Positions 30,238 to 40,500 of a stretch of 64,000 nucleotides of DNA are shown piece after piece. The position numbers and the translations under genes were made by a program. Origin of the DNA: Alphaproteobacteria bacterium (GTDB taxonomy: Bacteria > Pseudomonadota > Alphaproteobacteria > UBA6615); the NCBI GenBank assembly GCA_965261975.1, contig CBDHEC010000050.1:11107-75106 (forward strand), written 5' to 3'. Every line of letters starts with the position of its first letter. The stretch's first letter is position 1. The notes below the pieces were generated by a model, which saw only the letters and a list, made by a program, of their open reading frames with translations, was not told the DNA's origin and searched no databases.

Positions 30238-30348
30238 ATGCCCCCGGTCCTGACACTCGCCATTGCCGCAACAGCGGCCATCGTCATTGGGGCGGCAATT
30301 CCGGCGCTTGCGGCCGACCGGCGCAAGGACAAGCCCCCACGCAAATAG
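30238..30348 (+). CDS. Unannotated 36-aa hydrophobic peptide MPPVLTLAIAATAAIVIGAAIPALAADRRKDKPPRK
   Basis: GGAG 7 nt before ATG, one hydrophobic segment and a basic tail; fits within an intergenic gap; below the ORF-track size cut-off. Confidence 0.55.
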   Translation: MPPVLTLAIAATAAIVIGAAIPALAADRRKDKPPRK

Positions 30349-30374
30349 GGCCAGCCGGCGCGCTTTGACGCGGG

Positions 30375-31562
30375 CTAGTCCTTGTAGAGGTAGTCCGCCG
30401 CCTTCAGGAACAGGGTCCGGTTCACACCATCGGAATGCAGGAACGCGGCCGCGTCGCGAACTCGTTTCTCCAGCCCGATCTCCTTCATGAAACCGCTGCC
30501 GCCATGGATTTCCATGGCCCAGGTCGCGATCTGCCAGCCGATCTGCGAGGCATAGATTTTTGGCAATGCGCCGAGCGCCGGATCCCAAGGAACCGTCTCT
30601 CGGTTGTCCGCGGCCCAGGTGGCTTTGCGAATATACGTCCGCGCGACGTCGAGCATCATGTGCATCTCGGCCAGCTGGGTACGGATGCCGTCATGCTCGA
30701 TCAGCGGCTTGCCGCCCTGGATGCGGTTCTTCGCCCATTCCAACGTCATCTCGTAGGTCGCCACCGCATTGCCCAGCACGGACGCGCCGGCATAGGCGTT
30801 ACTGGCCGGGAAGAAATCCGCCAGAATCTGGAAGCCGTTGCCGACCTCGCCCACCACGTCGGCGTCGGGCACGAAGCAATCCTGGAAGATCATCTCGGCG
30901 TTGTTGGCCAGCCGCTCGCCCATCTTGTTGTGCACCTGGCCGAGGGAGAATCCCGGGGTCTCGTTCGACAGGATGAAGCAGGTGCTGCCGCTGAACAGGT
31001 CCTTGTCCTTCTCGGTCTGCACGAAGAGCAGGAACACGTTGGCGCGGTTCGAATTGGACACGAAATGCTTCATGCCGTTGATCTTCCAACCGCCATCGAC
31101 CTTCTCGGCGCGGGTATTGAACGACCAGTCGCCATGCACGAAATAGTTCGAGCCGTTCTCGGGCTCGGTAATGCCGATGGCCAGCAGACCGCGTGGGTCG
31201 TCGCGGAAGCGCGGGATGAAGCGCTGCTGCTGGTCCTCCGACAGGGCCTCCATCATGATCTGCGCGATCTTGAGGGTCTGGGCCATGACGACCGAGATGC
31301 CGATGTCGCCCTTGGCCAACTCCTCGACGACCATGCCCGTCGTCAGGTAATCCGCGGCGATACCGCCCCATTCCTCCGGCAGGGTCATCGTGCGGATGCC
31401 CGCCGCGTCCGCCTTCTCCACGATCTCCCAGGAGAAGCTCTCCTCCGGGTCGGCGTTGGCATCGAGATCACCGGCCACCGGCAGGATTTCATCCGTCACG
31501 AAGCGCCGGACCGAATCCAGGATCGCTTCCTGCATTTCATTGATGACGAAGGGTTCACTCAT
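30375..31562 (-). CDS. Acyl-CoA dehydrogenase family protein
   Basis: LPEEWGG, EELAKGD, AIGITEPENGSN, INGMKHFVSN, KMG, RIQGGKPL, EIHGGSGF, RDA. Confidence 0.92.
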   Translation of the reverse strand: MSEPFVINEMQEAILDSVRRFVTDEILPVAGDLDANADPEESFSWEIVEKADAAGIRTMTLPEEWGGIAADYLTTGMVVEELAKGDIGISVVMAQTLKIAQIMMEALSEDQQQRFIPRFRDDPRGLLAIGITEPENGSNYFVHGDWSFNTRAEKVDGGWKINGMKHFVSNSNRANVFLLFVQTEKDKDLFSGSTCFILSNETPGFSLGQVHNKMGERLANNAEMIFQDCFVPDADVVGEVGNGFQILADFFPASNAYAGASVLGNAVATYEMTLEWAKNRIQGGKPLIEHDGIRTQLAEMHMMLDVARTYIRKATWAADNRETVPWDPALGALPKIYASQIGWQIATWAMEIHGGSGFMKEIGLEKRVRDAAAFLHSDGVNRTLFLKAADYLYKD

Positions 31563-31675
31563 AACTTACTCCCAAGGGAACGCGCCGCCAGCGGGCGCGG
31601 GTTTGATCATTTGTTGGCGGAATAGATACCCACGGCAAGCCTGCAGGTCCAGAGGACAGGCGTGCGACGCAATGT

Positions 31676-33598
31676 CTAGGCGCGAACGCCGGTCGCCTCT
31701 TCCTCGCGGCCCAGCGCACACAGAACTTTCGAGACGATCCCCGACGCCGTGAGGCCCGCCTGTTCGTACTGAACTTCCGGCTTTTCATGGTCGATGAATA
31801 TGTCCGGCAATGTCATCGGCCGGAACTTCAGGCCGCCATCCAGCAGGCCCGCATTGGCCAGGTCGGTCATTACCTGGGTCGCAAATCCACCGATCGACCC
31901 CTCTTCCACGGTCACCAGAACCTCGTGCTCGCGGGCCAGACGATGAACGAGATCGGTATCCAGCGGCTTGGCGAAGCGCGCGTCGGCGACCGTCGTGCTC
32001 AACCCGTGGCTGGCCAGGTCCTCAGCCGCAGCCAGACACTCCTGCAGGCGGCCACCATAGGAAAGCAACGCCACGCTCGTGCCCTCGCGCAAGATACGGC
32101 CCTTGCCGATCTCCAGCGGTGTGCCGGTTTCGGGCATTTCGACGCCGACACCCTCGCCGCGCGGATAGCGGAATGCCGATGGACGGTCATCGATCGCCGC
32201 CGCGGTCGCAACCATGTTGACCAGCTCGGCCTCATCGGCCGCGGCCATCAGGACGAAACCCGGCAGGCAACCGAGATAGGCGACATCGAAGGAACCGTGA
32301 TGGGTGGCACCATCGGCACCGACGAGCCCGGCGCGATCGATCGCGAAACGTACCGGAAGTCCCTGGATCGCCACGTCGTGGACGACCTGGTCGTAACCGC
32401 GCTGAAGGAATGTCGAATAGATCGCGACGAAGGGCTTGAAGCCTTCCGAGGCGAGGCCGGCGGCAAATGTCACGCCGTGCTGCTCGGCGATCGCCACGTC
32501 GAAGCAGCGGTCGGGAAATACGTTGCCGAAGATATCCAGGCCCGTGCCCGACGGCATTGCGGCGGTCACCGCGACAATCCTGTCGTCCGCCTCCGCTTCC
32601 TTGACAAGGCTTTCGGCAAACACCTTGGTATAGCTCGGCGCGTTCGACTTCGCCTTCACCTGGGCGCCGGTGACCACATCGAACTTCGACACGGCATGAT
32701 ACTTCTCGTCGCCACCCTTGTCGGATTCGAAGCCCCGACCCTTCTGGGTCACAACATGCACCAGCACCGGAGCGTCCTGCTTGCTGTCGCGTACATTCTT
32801 CAACACCGGCAGCAGATGGTCGATGTTATGTCCGTCGATGGGGCCGATATAGTAGAAGCCCATCTCCTCGAACAGCGTCCCGCCGGTCACGAACCCGCGG
32901 GCATATTCCTCGGCCCGGCGCGCGGCTTCCTCGAAGCTTTTGGGGAACCGGTGGGCCATGTCCTTGGCCACCCGACGCAGGGATCGGTAACTCTTGGACG
33001 AGATCAGGCGCGAGAGATAGGCGCTCATCGCGCCGACCGCCGGGGCGATCGACATGTCGTTGTCGTTCAGCACCACGACGAGGCGCGAATCCATGGAGCC
33101 CGCATTGTTCATGGCCTCATAGGCCATGCCGGCACTCATCGAACCGTCGCCGATGACGGCGACGACATTGTTGTCGTCCTCGGCAAGGTCACGTGCGACA
33201 GCCATGCCGAGCCCGGCCGAGATCGAGGTGGAACTATGCGCGGCACCGAACGGGTCGTACTCGCTCTCGGCGCGGCGGGTGAAGCCGGACAGCCCGCCGC
33301 CTTGGCGCAGGGTGCGGATGCGGTCGCGTCGGTCGGTCAGAATCTTGTGGGGATAGCATTGGTGGCTGACATCCCAGATCAGCCGGTCGCGGGGGGTGTC
33401 GAAAACATGGTGGAGTGCCACCGTCAGCTCGACCACGCCCAGCCCCGCGCCCAGATGGCCGCCGGTGATCGACACGGCATCGATCGTTTCCTGGCGAAGC
33501 TCGTCGGCCAGCTGCTTGAGCTGGTCCGGCGAAAAATCCGTCATATCCGCCGGAATCCGGACGGTATCGAGAAGTGGTGTTTTGCTGTTTTCGCTCAA
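31676..33598 (-). CDS. dxs: 1-deoxy-D-xylulose-5-phosphate synthase
   Basis: [58 protein letters not shown]. Confidence 0.98.
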   Translation of the reverse strand: MSENSKTPLLDTVRIPADMTDFSPDQLKQLADELRQETIDAVSITGGHLGAGLGVVELTVALHHVFDTPRDRLIWDVSHQCYPHKILTDRRDRIRTLRQGGGLSGFTRRAESEYDPFGAAHSSTSISAGLGMAVARDLAEDDNNVVAVIGDGSMSAGMAYEAMNNAGSMDSRLVVVLNDNDMSIAPAVGAMSAYLSRLISSKSYRSLRRVAKDMAHRFPKSFEEAARRAEEYARGFVTGGTLFEEMGFYYIGPIDGHNIDHLLPVLKNVRDSKQDAPVLVHVVTQKGRGFESDKGGDEKYHAVSKFDVVTGAQVKAKSNAPSYTKVFAESLVKEAEADDRIVAVTAAMPSGTGLDIFGNVFPDRCFDVAIAEQHGVTFAAGLASEGFKPFVAIYSTFLQRGYDQVVHDVAIQGLPVRFAIDRAGLVGADGATHHGSFDVAYLGCLPGFVLMAAADEAELVNMVATAAAIDDRPSAFRYPRGEGVGVEMPETGTPLEIGKGRILREGTSVALLSYGGRLQECLAAAEDLASHGLSTTVADARFAKPLDTDLVHRLAREHEVLVTVEEGSIGGFATQVMTDLANAGLLDGGLKFRPMTLPDIFIDHEKPEVQYEQAGLTASGIVSKVLCALGREEEATGVRA

Positions 33599-33629
33599 CG
33601 GACGGGTCCAATCGCGGCCCTGAATACAA

Positions 33630-34538
33630 TCACACGCGCCGATCGATCAAGCGTTCGGCAGCGGCCCGCAATAAATCTGCCTTTTCCCCAAAGAAATCAA
33701 GGTTTTCGACGGCCATTCGGACATGTCTTTCTGCGATCGCCCGCGCGCCGTCCAGGCCGTGGCGCGAGACGAAGGTCGCCTTGCCACGCGCGTTGTCCTT
33801 GCCGACGGCTTTTCCGGTCTCAGCGGCGTCGCCGATCTCGTCGAGAATATCGTCAGTGATCTGGAAGGCGAGCCCGAAATCGGCGCCGAAATCCCGGAGG
33901 TGTCGGCGTGCCGCCTCGTCCGCCCCGGCAGCCACCGCACCCGCCTCGCAAGACCAGGCAAACAGGGCGCCGGTCTTCATCGCTTCGAGCTGCATGATTC
34001 CGGCATCGTCTTCAACGGGCTGACGTTCGGCCTGGAGATCGAGCATTTGCCCTCCCACCATGCCGTCAGGGCCGCCGGCGCGTGCCAGGCCGAGCACAAG
34101 TTCGGCGCGGATTGCAGGATCGGCGTGGGTCGCAGGGTCGGCCAGTACCTCGAAGGCCAGGGTCAGCAACGCGTCACCCGAGAGGATCGCCGTCGCTTCA
34201 TCGAATTTCTTGTGCAGGGTCGGCTGGCCCCGGCGCAGATCATCGTCATCCATCGCCGGCAGATCGTCATGCACCAGCGAATAGGTGTGCATCATCTCAA
34301 CCGCAGCCGCCACGCGCAGCGCCACCTGACGGTCACCATCGCAGATCTCCGCCGCAGACAGCACCAGGAACGGCCTCAGTCGCTTGCCACCGGCAAGTGC
34401 CGCATAGCGCATTGCCTCCCAAAGGTTGGCAATTTCGTCGGCCTGGTCGGACGGGCAGTCGAGGAGAGCGGCTATCGTCGCGTCGACTTCAGCCGCGACG
34501 GCAGCCAGCGCGTCGGCATAGCTGGTGGACACGATCAA
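33630..34538 (-). CDS. ispA: Farnesyl diphosphate synthase
   Basis: [46 protein letters not shown]; lies between xseB and dxs. Confidence 0.95.
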   Translation of the reverse strand: MIVSTSYADALAAVAAEVDATIAALLDCPSDQADEIANLWEAMRYAALAGGKRLRPFLVLSAAEICDGDRQVALRVAAAVEMMHTYSLVHDDLPAMDDDDLRRGQPTLHKKFDEATAILSGDALLTLAFEVLADPATHADPAIRAELVLGLARAGGPDGMVGGQMLDLQAERQPVEDDAGIMQLEAMKTGALFAWSCEAGAVAAGADEAARRHLRDFGADFGLAFQITDDILDEIGDAAETGKAVGKDNARGKATFVSRHGLDGARAIAERHVRMAVENLDFFGEKADLLRAAAERLIDRRV

Positions 34539-34798
34539 TCCGAGGCGACCGGTTCGGTGTCCGGTGTGCCGTCCGCGCCGAGCGATATCTTCTCAACCCG
34601 CGCCTGCGCCTGTCGAAGTTTCGATTCGCAGTGGCGCTTCAGCGCCGCGCCGCGCTCATACGCGGCGATCGCGTCATCGAGCGCGCTGTCGCCGCCTTCG
34701 AGATTGCGCACGATTTCCTCGAGCTGCGCCAGCGCATCCTCGAAAGACATCTTCGCGATGTCGGCCGGAATTTCGACCTTTGGTTCTTCCTTCGCCAT
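34535..34798 (-). CDS. xseB: Exodeoxyribonuclease VII small subunit
   Basis: MSFEDALAQLEEIVRNLEGG...YERGAALKRHCESKL. Confidence 0.96.
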   Translation of the reverse strand: MAKEEPKVEIPADIAKMSFEDALAQLEEIVRNLEGGDSALDDAIAAYERGAALKRHCESKLRQAQARVEKISLGADGTPDTEPVASD

Positions 34799-34840
34799 AT
34801 TCAATCCTCTACCGGCAGCAATGCGCGCCGTCAAATCGGT

Positions 34841-35767
34841 TCAGCCCATCAGGGCGCCCACATGGGCAGCCGCAGATTCGCCCAAGGCCGTCAGATCGTA
34901 GCCCCCTTCGAGAGTCGACACGACCCGACCGTCACATACGGCTTCCGCCAAGCGGCGCAGTTCCTCTGTCGCCCAGACAAAGTCCTCCGTCTCAAGCGAC
35001 AGCTGCGCCAGCGGATCTCGGCGATGCGCATCGAAACCGGCCGAGATCAAAATCAGGTCCGGCCCGAAATTCCGCATGGCCGGCAAAACCACGTCACGCA
35101 TCGCGGTCCGAAAATCATCCGACCCCGCGCCGGGCCATAGCGGCGCATTGGCGATATTGCCATGTGCACCGGTTTCATTCTTGTCGCCCGTGCCCGGATA
35201 GAGCGGCCATTGATGGGTCGAGGCGTAGAACAGCCCCGGCTCGTTCCAGAACATGGCCTGGGTGCCGTTGCCATGATGGACGTCGAAATCCATCACGGCG
35301 ACACGTTCCGCCCCATGTGCCACGCGCGCATGCTCGGCACCGATCGCCACGCTGTTGAACAGGCAGAAGCCCATCCCCTGGCTCGGCTCGGCATGGTGCC
35401 CCGGCGGCCGCATGGCGCAGAAGGCATTGTCGGCCGCACCTGACATCACCGCGTCGACCGCCTCCACCATGGCGCCCGCGGCGCGCAGCGCCGCCTCGCC
35501 GGATTTTGGCGACATGAGTGTGTCGGCATCGATCCGGCTAACCCCCTCGGTCGGCACCAGATCGAACACCCTGGCCACATAGTCTTCCGGATGTACCAGG
35601 GTCAGATGTTCGCGCCTCGCCTCAGCGGGAGTGTGGCGTTCGAGACCATCGAAGGCGGGGGCCGCCAGGACCTCGGCGATCGTGCGCAATCGGTCGGGTG
35701 ATTCCGGGTGTCCCGATGCGGGTTCATGTTCGATGCAGACCGGGTGGAAATAGAAGCGGGTCGTCAT
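34841..35767 (-). CDS. Histone deacetylase family protein
   Basis: HPESPDRL, RPPGHHAE, GFCLFN, DFDVHHGNGT, SAGFDAH, LEGGY. Confidence 0.95.
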   Translation of the reverse strand: MTTRFYFHPVCIEHEPASGHPESPDRLRTIAEVLAAPAFDGLERHTPAEARREHLTLVHPEDYVARVFDLVPTEGVSRIDADTLMSPKSGEAALRAAGAMVEAVDAVMSGAADNAFCAMRPPGHHAEPSQGMGFCLFNSVAIGAEHARVAHGAERVAVMDFDVHHGNGTQAMFWNEPGLFYASTHQWPLYPGTGDKNETGAHGNIANAPLWPGAGSDDFRTAMRDVVLPAMRNFGPDLILISAGFDAHRRDPLAQLSLETEDFVWATEELRRLAEAVCDGRVVSTLEGGYDLTALGESAAAHVGALMG

Positions 35768-35893
35768 GCGCCGACTCCGGATTGATTGGGCATGGCGCCA
35801 TTGTAACGGCCGGAACGCCATGGCGACAGGGACGCGATTTGCACCCTAGCCGTTGGCGAAATTGTGACAAACAGCACGGCTATATCGGTCTTA

Positions 35894-35927
35894 GCCAATT
35901 GACATATATTGGCGCGCGGCGTGTTCT
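35894..35927 (+). promoter_or_regulatory. Candidate sigma70 promoter of the RND operon with overlapping palindrome
   Basis: TTGACA at 35899-35904, 17-bp spacer, TGTTCT at 35922-35927. GCCAAT-N8-ATTGGC (35894-35913) overlaps the -35 element. Confidence 0.45.
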
Positions 35928-35986
35928 CCTCGCCAATAGTGCAACCGACGTGTACAGCACCGTATCGTTCCTGGAGATGTTACGTG

Positions 35987-37576
35987 ATGAACGCTCGAAA
36001 ACTTCGAACCGCAACCCTCCCCGGCGCGGCCATATTCGTAGCGGGTGCGTTATTCACCGCGCCCGCCCTGGCCCAGACACCCGAGCTTTCGGGTCCCGCC
36101 CAGGCACTCGATACCAACAGTAACGGGTTGATCGAACGCGCAGAGGCGCGCGGCCCGGCGGCCGCCAATTTCGACACGATCGACCTGGACAAGAGCGACA
36201 CCCTCGACGGCAACGAACTTCGCCACTTCTTCGCCGGTGGCCCCCGGCCCGAACCCAGGACCGCTGCCGCCAGCACGCCCGCCGAACCACTTGCCGGACC
36301 GGCGGTGGCAATGGATGCCAACAGCAACGGAACCATTGAGAAGAACGAGGCCCAGGGGCCGGCTGCATCCAACTTCGATACGATTGATCTCGACAAGAGC
36401 GGCACCCTCGACGGGTCGGAACTGCGCTACTTCTTCCGGGGCGGCGAACGCCCCGGCGGCCCGGCGAAGGCCGACAACGCAGACGCAAAACCCTCGGGCG
36501 GCGCGCCGGGTGGACCGCCACCTGCGCGCGTTGTTCTCGACAAGGTCATCGAAGAGCGGATCGGCCAGACCACCCCCGTCGTGGGCCGTATCGTGGCCCA
36601 ACAATCCGGGCCGATCGCCGCGCGCATCGGCGGCGCGGTTGTGGAAATGCGGGTGGACGTCGGCGACCGGGTCGCGACCGGTGACGTGCTGGCGCAGATC
36701 GACCGCGAACGCATGCAGCTCGAGCGCGACCGTTACGCCGCCATCGTGTCGCAGCAGCGCGCCAACCTGACGGCCGAACGCGCCGACCTCGAGCAGACCC
36801 AGAACGAACTGGACCGCCTGGAGGGCATTCGTAAATCGGCCGCCTTCTCGCAGGCCCGCTTTGAAGATGCGGTCCAGGCCGTTGCGTCCCAGACCGGCTC
36901 GGTCGCCGAAACGCGCGCCCAGTTGGCGCAGGCACAAGCCCAGCTGAAGCGTGCCGACCGAGACCTGACGGACACCGAGATTCGCGCGCCCTACCCCGGG
37001 GTAATCAGCGAGACACACACCGAAATCGGCGCGTATCTGTCGATCGGCAACCCGGTCGCAACCATCATCAACGACCTGAATCTGGAGGTCGAGGCGGACG
37101 TTCCGACCGCCCGGGTCACAAATCTGAGCGACGGGGATGTGGTGAACATCCGAATTCGCGACGGGCAGACCATTCCGGCGACCTTGCGCGCGGTCGTGCC
37201 GGTCGAGAATCCCCGGACCCGGACCCGGCCGGTGCGTTTCACGCCTGATTTTGCCGGCCTGGACGTACCCCTGGCCGACAACCAGAGCGTGACGGTCCTG
37301 CTCCCGGTTGGTGGATCGCGTGATGCCGTCACCGTATCCAAGGATGCGGTCACCCAACGCAACGGACAAAGCATGGTGTTTGTCTCGAACAACGGGCGCG
37401 CCCAGCCGCGCCCCGTGACGACAGGCGAGGCGACCGGCAGCCGGCTCGTCGTGATATCGGGCCTGAAGGTCGGCGACCAGGTCGTGGTGCGCGGCAATGA
37501 GCGGCTGCGTCCCGGCCAGCGCCTCCAGGATGTGGGGGCCAACGGCGGCGCGACGAACGGCAGCGGCGGGGGCTGA
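35987..37576 (+). CDS. RND efflux periplasmic adaptor (MFP) with N-terminal tandem EF-hand pairs
   Basis: GGAG RBS; signal peptide ending PALA-Q; four EF loops; then the MFP: VDVGDRVATGDVLAQID, alpha-hairpin, IRAPYPGVI, VEADVP, TRTRPVR, GLKVGDQVVVRG. Confidence 0.9.
   Translation: MNARKLRTATLPGAAIFVAGALFTAPALAQTPELSGPAQALDTNSNGLIERAEARGPAAANFDTIDLDKSDTLDGNELRHFFAGGPRPEPRTAAASTPAEPLAGPAVAMDANSNGTIEKNEAQGPAASNFDTIDLDKSGTLDGSELRYFFRGGERPGGPAKADNADAKPSGGAPGGPPPARVVLDKVIEERIGQTTPVVGRIVAQQSGPIAARIGGAVVEMRVDVGDRVATGDVLAQIDRERMQLERDRYAAIVSQQRANLTAERADLEQTQNELDRLEGIRKSAAFSQARFEDAVQAVASQTGSVAETRAQLAQAQAQLKRADRDLTDTEIRAPYPGVISETHTEIGAYLSIGNPVATIINDLNLEVEADVPTARVTNLSDGDVVNIRIRDGQTIPATLRAVVPVENPRTRTRPVRFTPDFAGLDVPLADNQSVTVLLPVGGSRDAVTVSKDAVTQRNGQSMVFVSNNGRAQPRPVTTGEATGSRLVVISGLKVGDQVVVRGNERLRPGQRLQDVGANGGATNGSGGG
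36086..36436 (+). repeat. Intragenic direct repeat, 2 x 147 bp (49 aa), at 36086-36232 and 36290-36436
   Basis: LSGPAQALDTNSNGLIERAEARGPAAANFDTIDLDKSDTLDGNELRHFF versus LAGPAVAMDANSNGTIEKNEAQGPAASNFDTIDLDKSGTLDGSELRYFF. Confidence 0.92.
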
Positions 37577-37581
37577 TCGCG

Positions 37582-40500
37582 ATGAACCTGATCTCCGCGT
37601 CCATTCACCGGCCGATCGCGGTTATCGCCGTCGTCATCATGATCATCATGTTCGGCTGGGTGGCGCTGCAGCGCATCCCCATCCAGCTGGCACCGGACGT
37701 ACGCCAGCCGGTGATCATCGTCGACACCTTCTGGCCGGGTGCGTCGCCGCTTGAGGTCGAACGCGAGATCGTCAACCGCCAGGAAGAAGTTCTCAAGGGG
37801 ATCGAGGGTGTGCGCAAGATCGAGAGCCGCGCGCGCACCGGACGCGCGGATATCACGCTCGAGTTTGCGCCGAGCCAGAACATGGACCGCGCGCTTTTGC
37901 TGGTGGCAAACCGGCTCGACCGGGTGAGCGGGTATCCCGAGGAAACCGACGAGCCGACCCTGCGCACGTCGGGCACCGACGACAATCCGATCGCCTGGTT
38001 CGTCCTGCGCCGGCAGGCCGAGAATGACCGGGATCTCCTGACCTATGGCGATTTCCTCGAAGACGTTGTCCAGGAGCGGATCGAACGCATCCCGGGAATC
38101 TCCGGCGTCAACATATTCGGAGAGACCGAACGCGAGATGCGGGTCATCATCGATCCCGAGCAGCTCGCCCAGTTCCGCCTGACAATCGGCGATGTCGTGG
38201 AACGGCTGCGCGCCGAGAATGCTTCGATCTCGGGCGGTGACGTCGAAGAGGGCAAACGCGCCTATGTTGTGCGCACCGAGGGCGATTTCACCACGCCTGA
38301 ACAGGTTCTCGACGTTGTGCTGCGCTCGGATGCCGGGCAGGCGGACGGCCAGATCGGCCGGATCACACTCCGCGATATCGCCCATGTCGAACTCGGTTAC
38401 AAGGAGGCGCGGGCGCTCCCTCACAGGTTTGACGAACGCGCCATGGCATTCAACATGACCCGCGAACAGGGGGCCAACGTCCTGACGGTGATGGACCAGG
38501 TACATCGTGTCGTCGGCGACCTTGCCGAAGGGCCGCTCAACCGGGTCGGCCTGATCGTCGAGAACGTGTTCGACGAGACACTGTATGTGAATTCGGCCAT
38601 CTCCCTGGTGCAGCAAAACATTATCGTCGGCGGCATTCTCGCCGCCCTGATCCTGATGCTGTTCCTGCGATCATGGCGCCCGACCCTCGTTGTTTCGCTT
38701 GCAATTCCGGTCTCGGTGATTGGTTCCTTCGTGGCCATGGCCGCCCTCGGTCGCTCCCTCAACGTCATCAGCCTGGCGGGCATCGCCTTCGCCGTCGGCA
38801 TGGTCGTCGATGCCGCGATCGTCGTGCTCGAGAACATCTTCCGACTGCGCCAGGAGGGTCACTCCCGCGCCGAAGCGGCGCGCCTGGGTGCCTCGCAAGT
38901 GTGGCCGGCCGTGCTCGTGTCGTCCCTGACCACCGTCATGGTGTTCATCCCGATCCTGGTCATGGAGCTCGAGGCCGGACAGCTGTTCCGGGATATCGCG
39001 GTCGCGATCTCCGTCTCCGTCCTTCTGTCGTTGCTGGTCTCGGTGACCGTTATTCCTGCGCTCGCCAACCGCCTGCTCGTGAACAGCGTGGCCGATGGCA
39101 AGAAAGCAACGCGCATCCCCGTCCTCGATGATTTCGCCCACGGGTTCGTGACCTTCTGGCAGGATTTCACCCGGATGGTCGTGCGATCGAAATTGCGTGC
39201 GCTGGTCGTTGTCGGCGCCATCACGCTCGCATCTGGCGCGTTCACCTGGGCCTTCGCACCGAAGCTCGATTACCTGCCGACCGGCAACCGCAATTTCGTG
39301 TTCGGCTTCGTGAACGTGCCGCCGGGATACAATCTCGACACGGTCACCGAGATCACCGAGCGCATCGCGAATCGCACCCGCAGCCTCTGGGCATCGGAGA
39401 CAGGCCCCGAATCCGAGGCCGGTGAACCGCCAAAGTTCCAGCGCTTCATCCGCGTACCCTTTGCCGGCCGCGCCTTCATCGGTGGAACATCCGTCGACCC
39501 GAGCCGTGCCTCGGAGCTGATCCCGGTCCTGCAGAACGCGGGGCGACAGGACCCGGGCGTGCTCACCTTCCCGAGCCAGCCCTCGCTGTTTGGCCGCTCA
39601 CTGGGCAGCGGCCGCACCATCGACGTCGACATTCGCGGGTCGGACCTCGAGCAGATTTACCAAGTCGCCTTCGATGTCTTTATCCGCCTGGCACCCCGCT
39701 TCCCGTTCAGTGACGGCAATCAGGTCCGGCCGATCCCGAGCCTGACCTTGTCCGCACCCGAGGTCCGGGTCGAACCGAACCGCCTGCAACTCGCCGACAA
39801 TGGCCTGTCGGCCCGTGCACTCGGCCAGGCCGTCGACGCCTTCAATGACGGTTTGCGGGTCGCCGAAATAACGGTCGACGGCAAGCGGATTGACCTGACG
39901 CTGACCGGCCCGCCCAACATTATCGATCAAACCCAGGGAATCGGTTCTCTGCCGGTCGTGACCCGGGACGGTCGCATCGTGCCGGTCGAGGGGCTTGCCG
40001 ACGTAAAAATCACCTCGGGCCCGACCGAGGTCAGGCGCGCCGACCGCGCGCGTACGGTACGGCTACAGGTCCGCCCGAACGCGGATACACCGTTACAGGG
40101 CGCATTCGAGCTTATTCAGGAAGAAATCGTCAAACCCATGGAAGAAGCGGGCCTGCCCGAAGGGGTCAGTATCCGGCTGACCGGTACGGCCGACAAGTTG
40201 CTGGAAACCTGGAACGAACTGGTCATCGATCTGATTCTGGCGATCGTGATCGTCTATCTGGTGATGGCCGTCCTGTTCGAGAGCTTTATCTATCCGCTGA
40301 TCATCATGCTCACCGTCCCCGTCGCCGCAGCCGGCGGTATCGCGGGGCTGGCGCTATTGAACATCTGGGTTCTGCAGCCCCTCGACATGCTGACAATGCT
40401 GGGATTCGTAATCCTGACCGGAATCGTCGTGAACAATGCGATTCTGCTCGTCCACCAGACCCTCTATCACATACGCGAAGATGGCATGACGGCAGATGAT

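Noticed and set aside
36086-36436. Repeat as CRISPR or mobile-element relic
   Set aside because: Only two in-frame copies, conserved at the protein level as EF-hand pairs.
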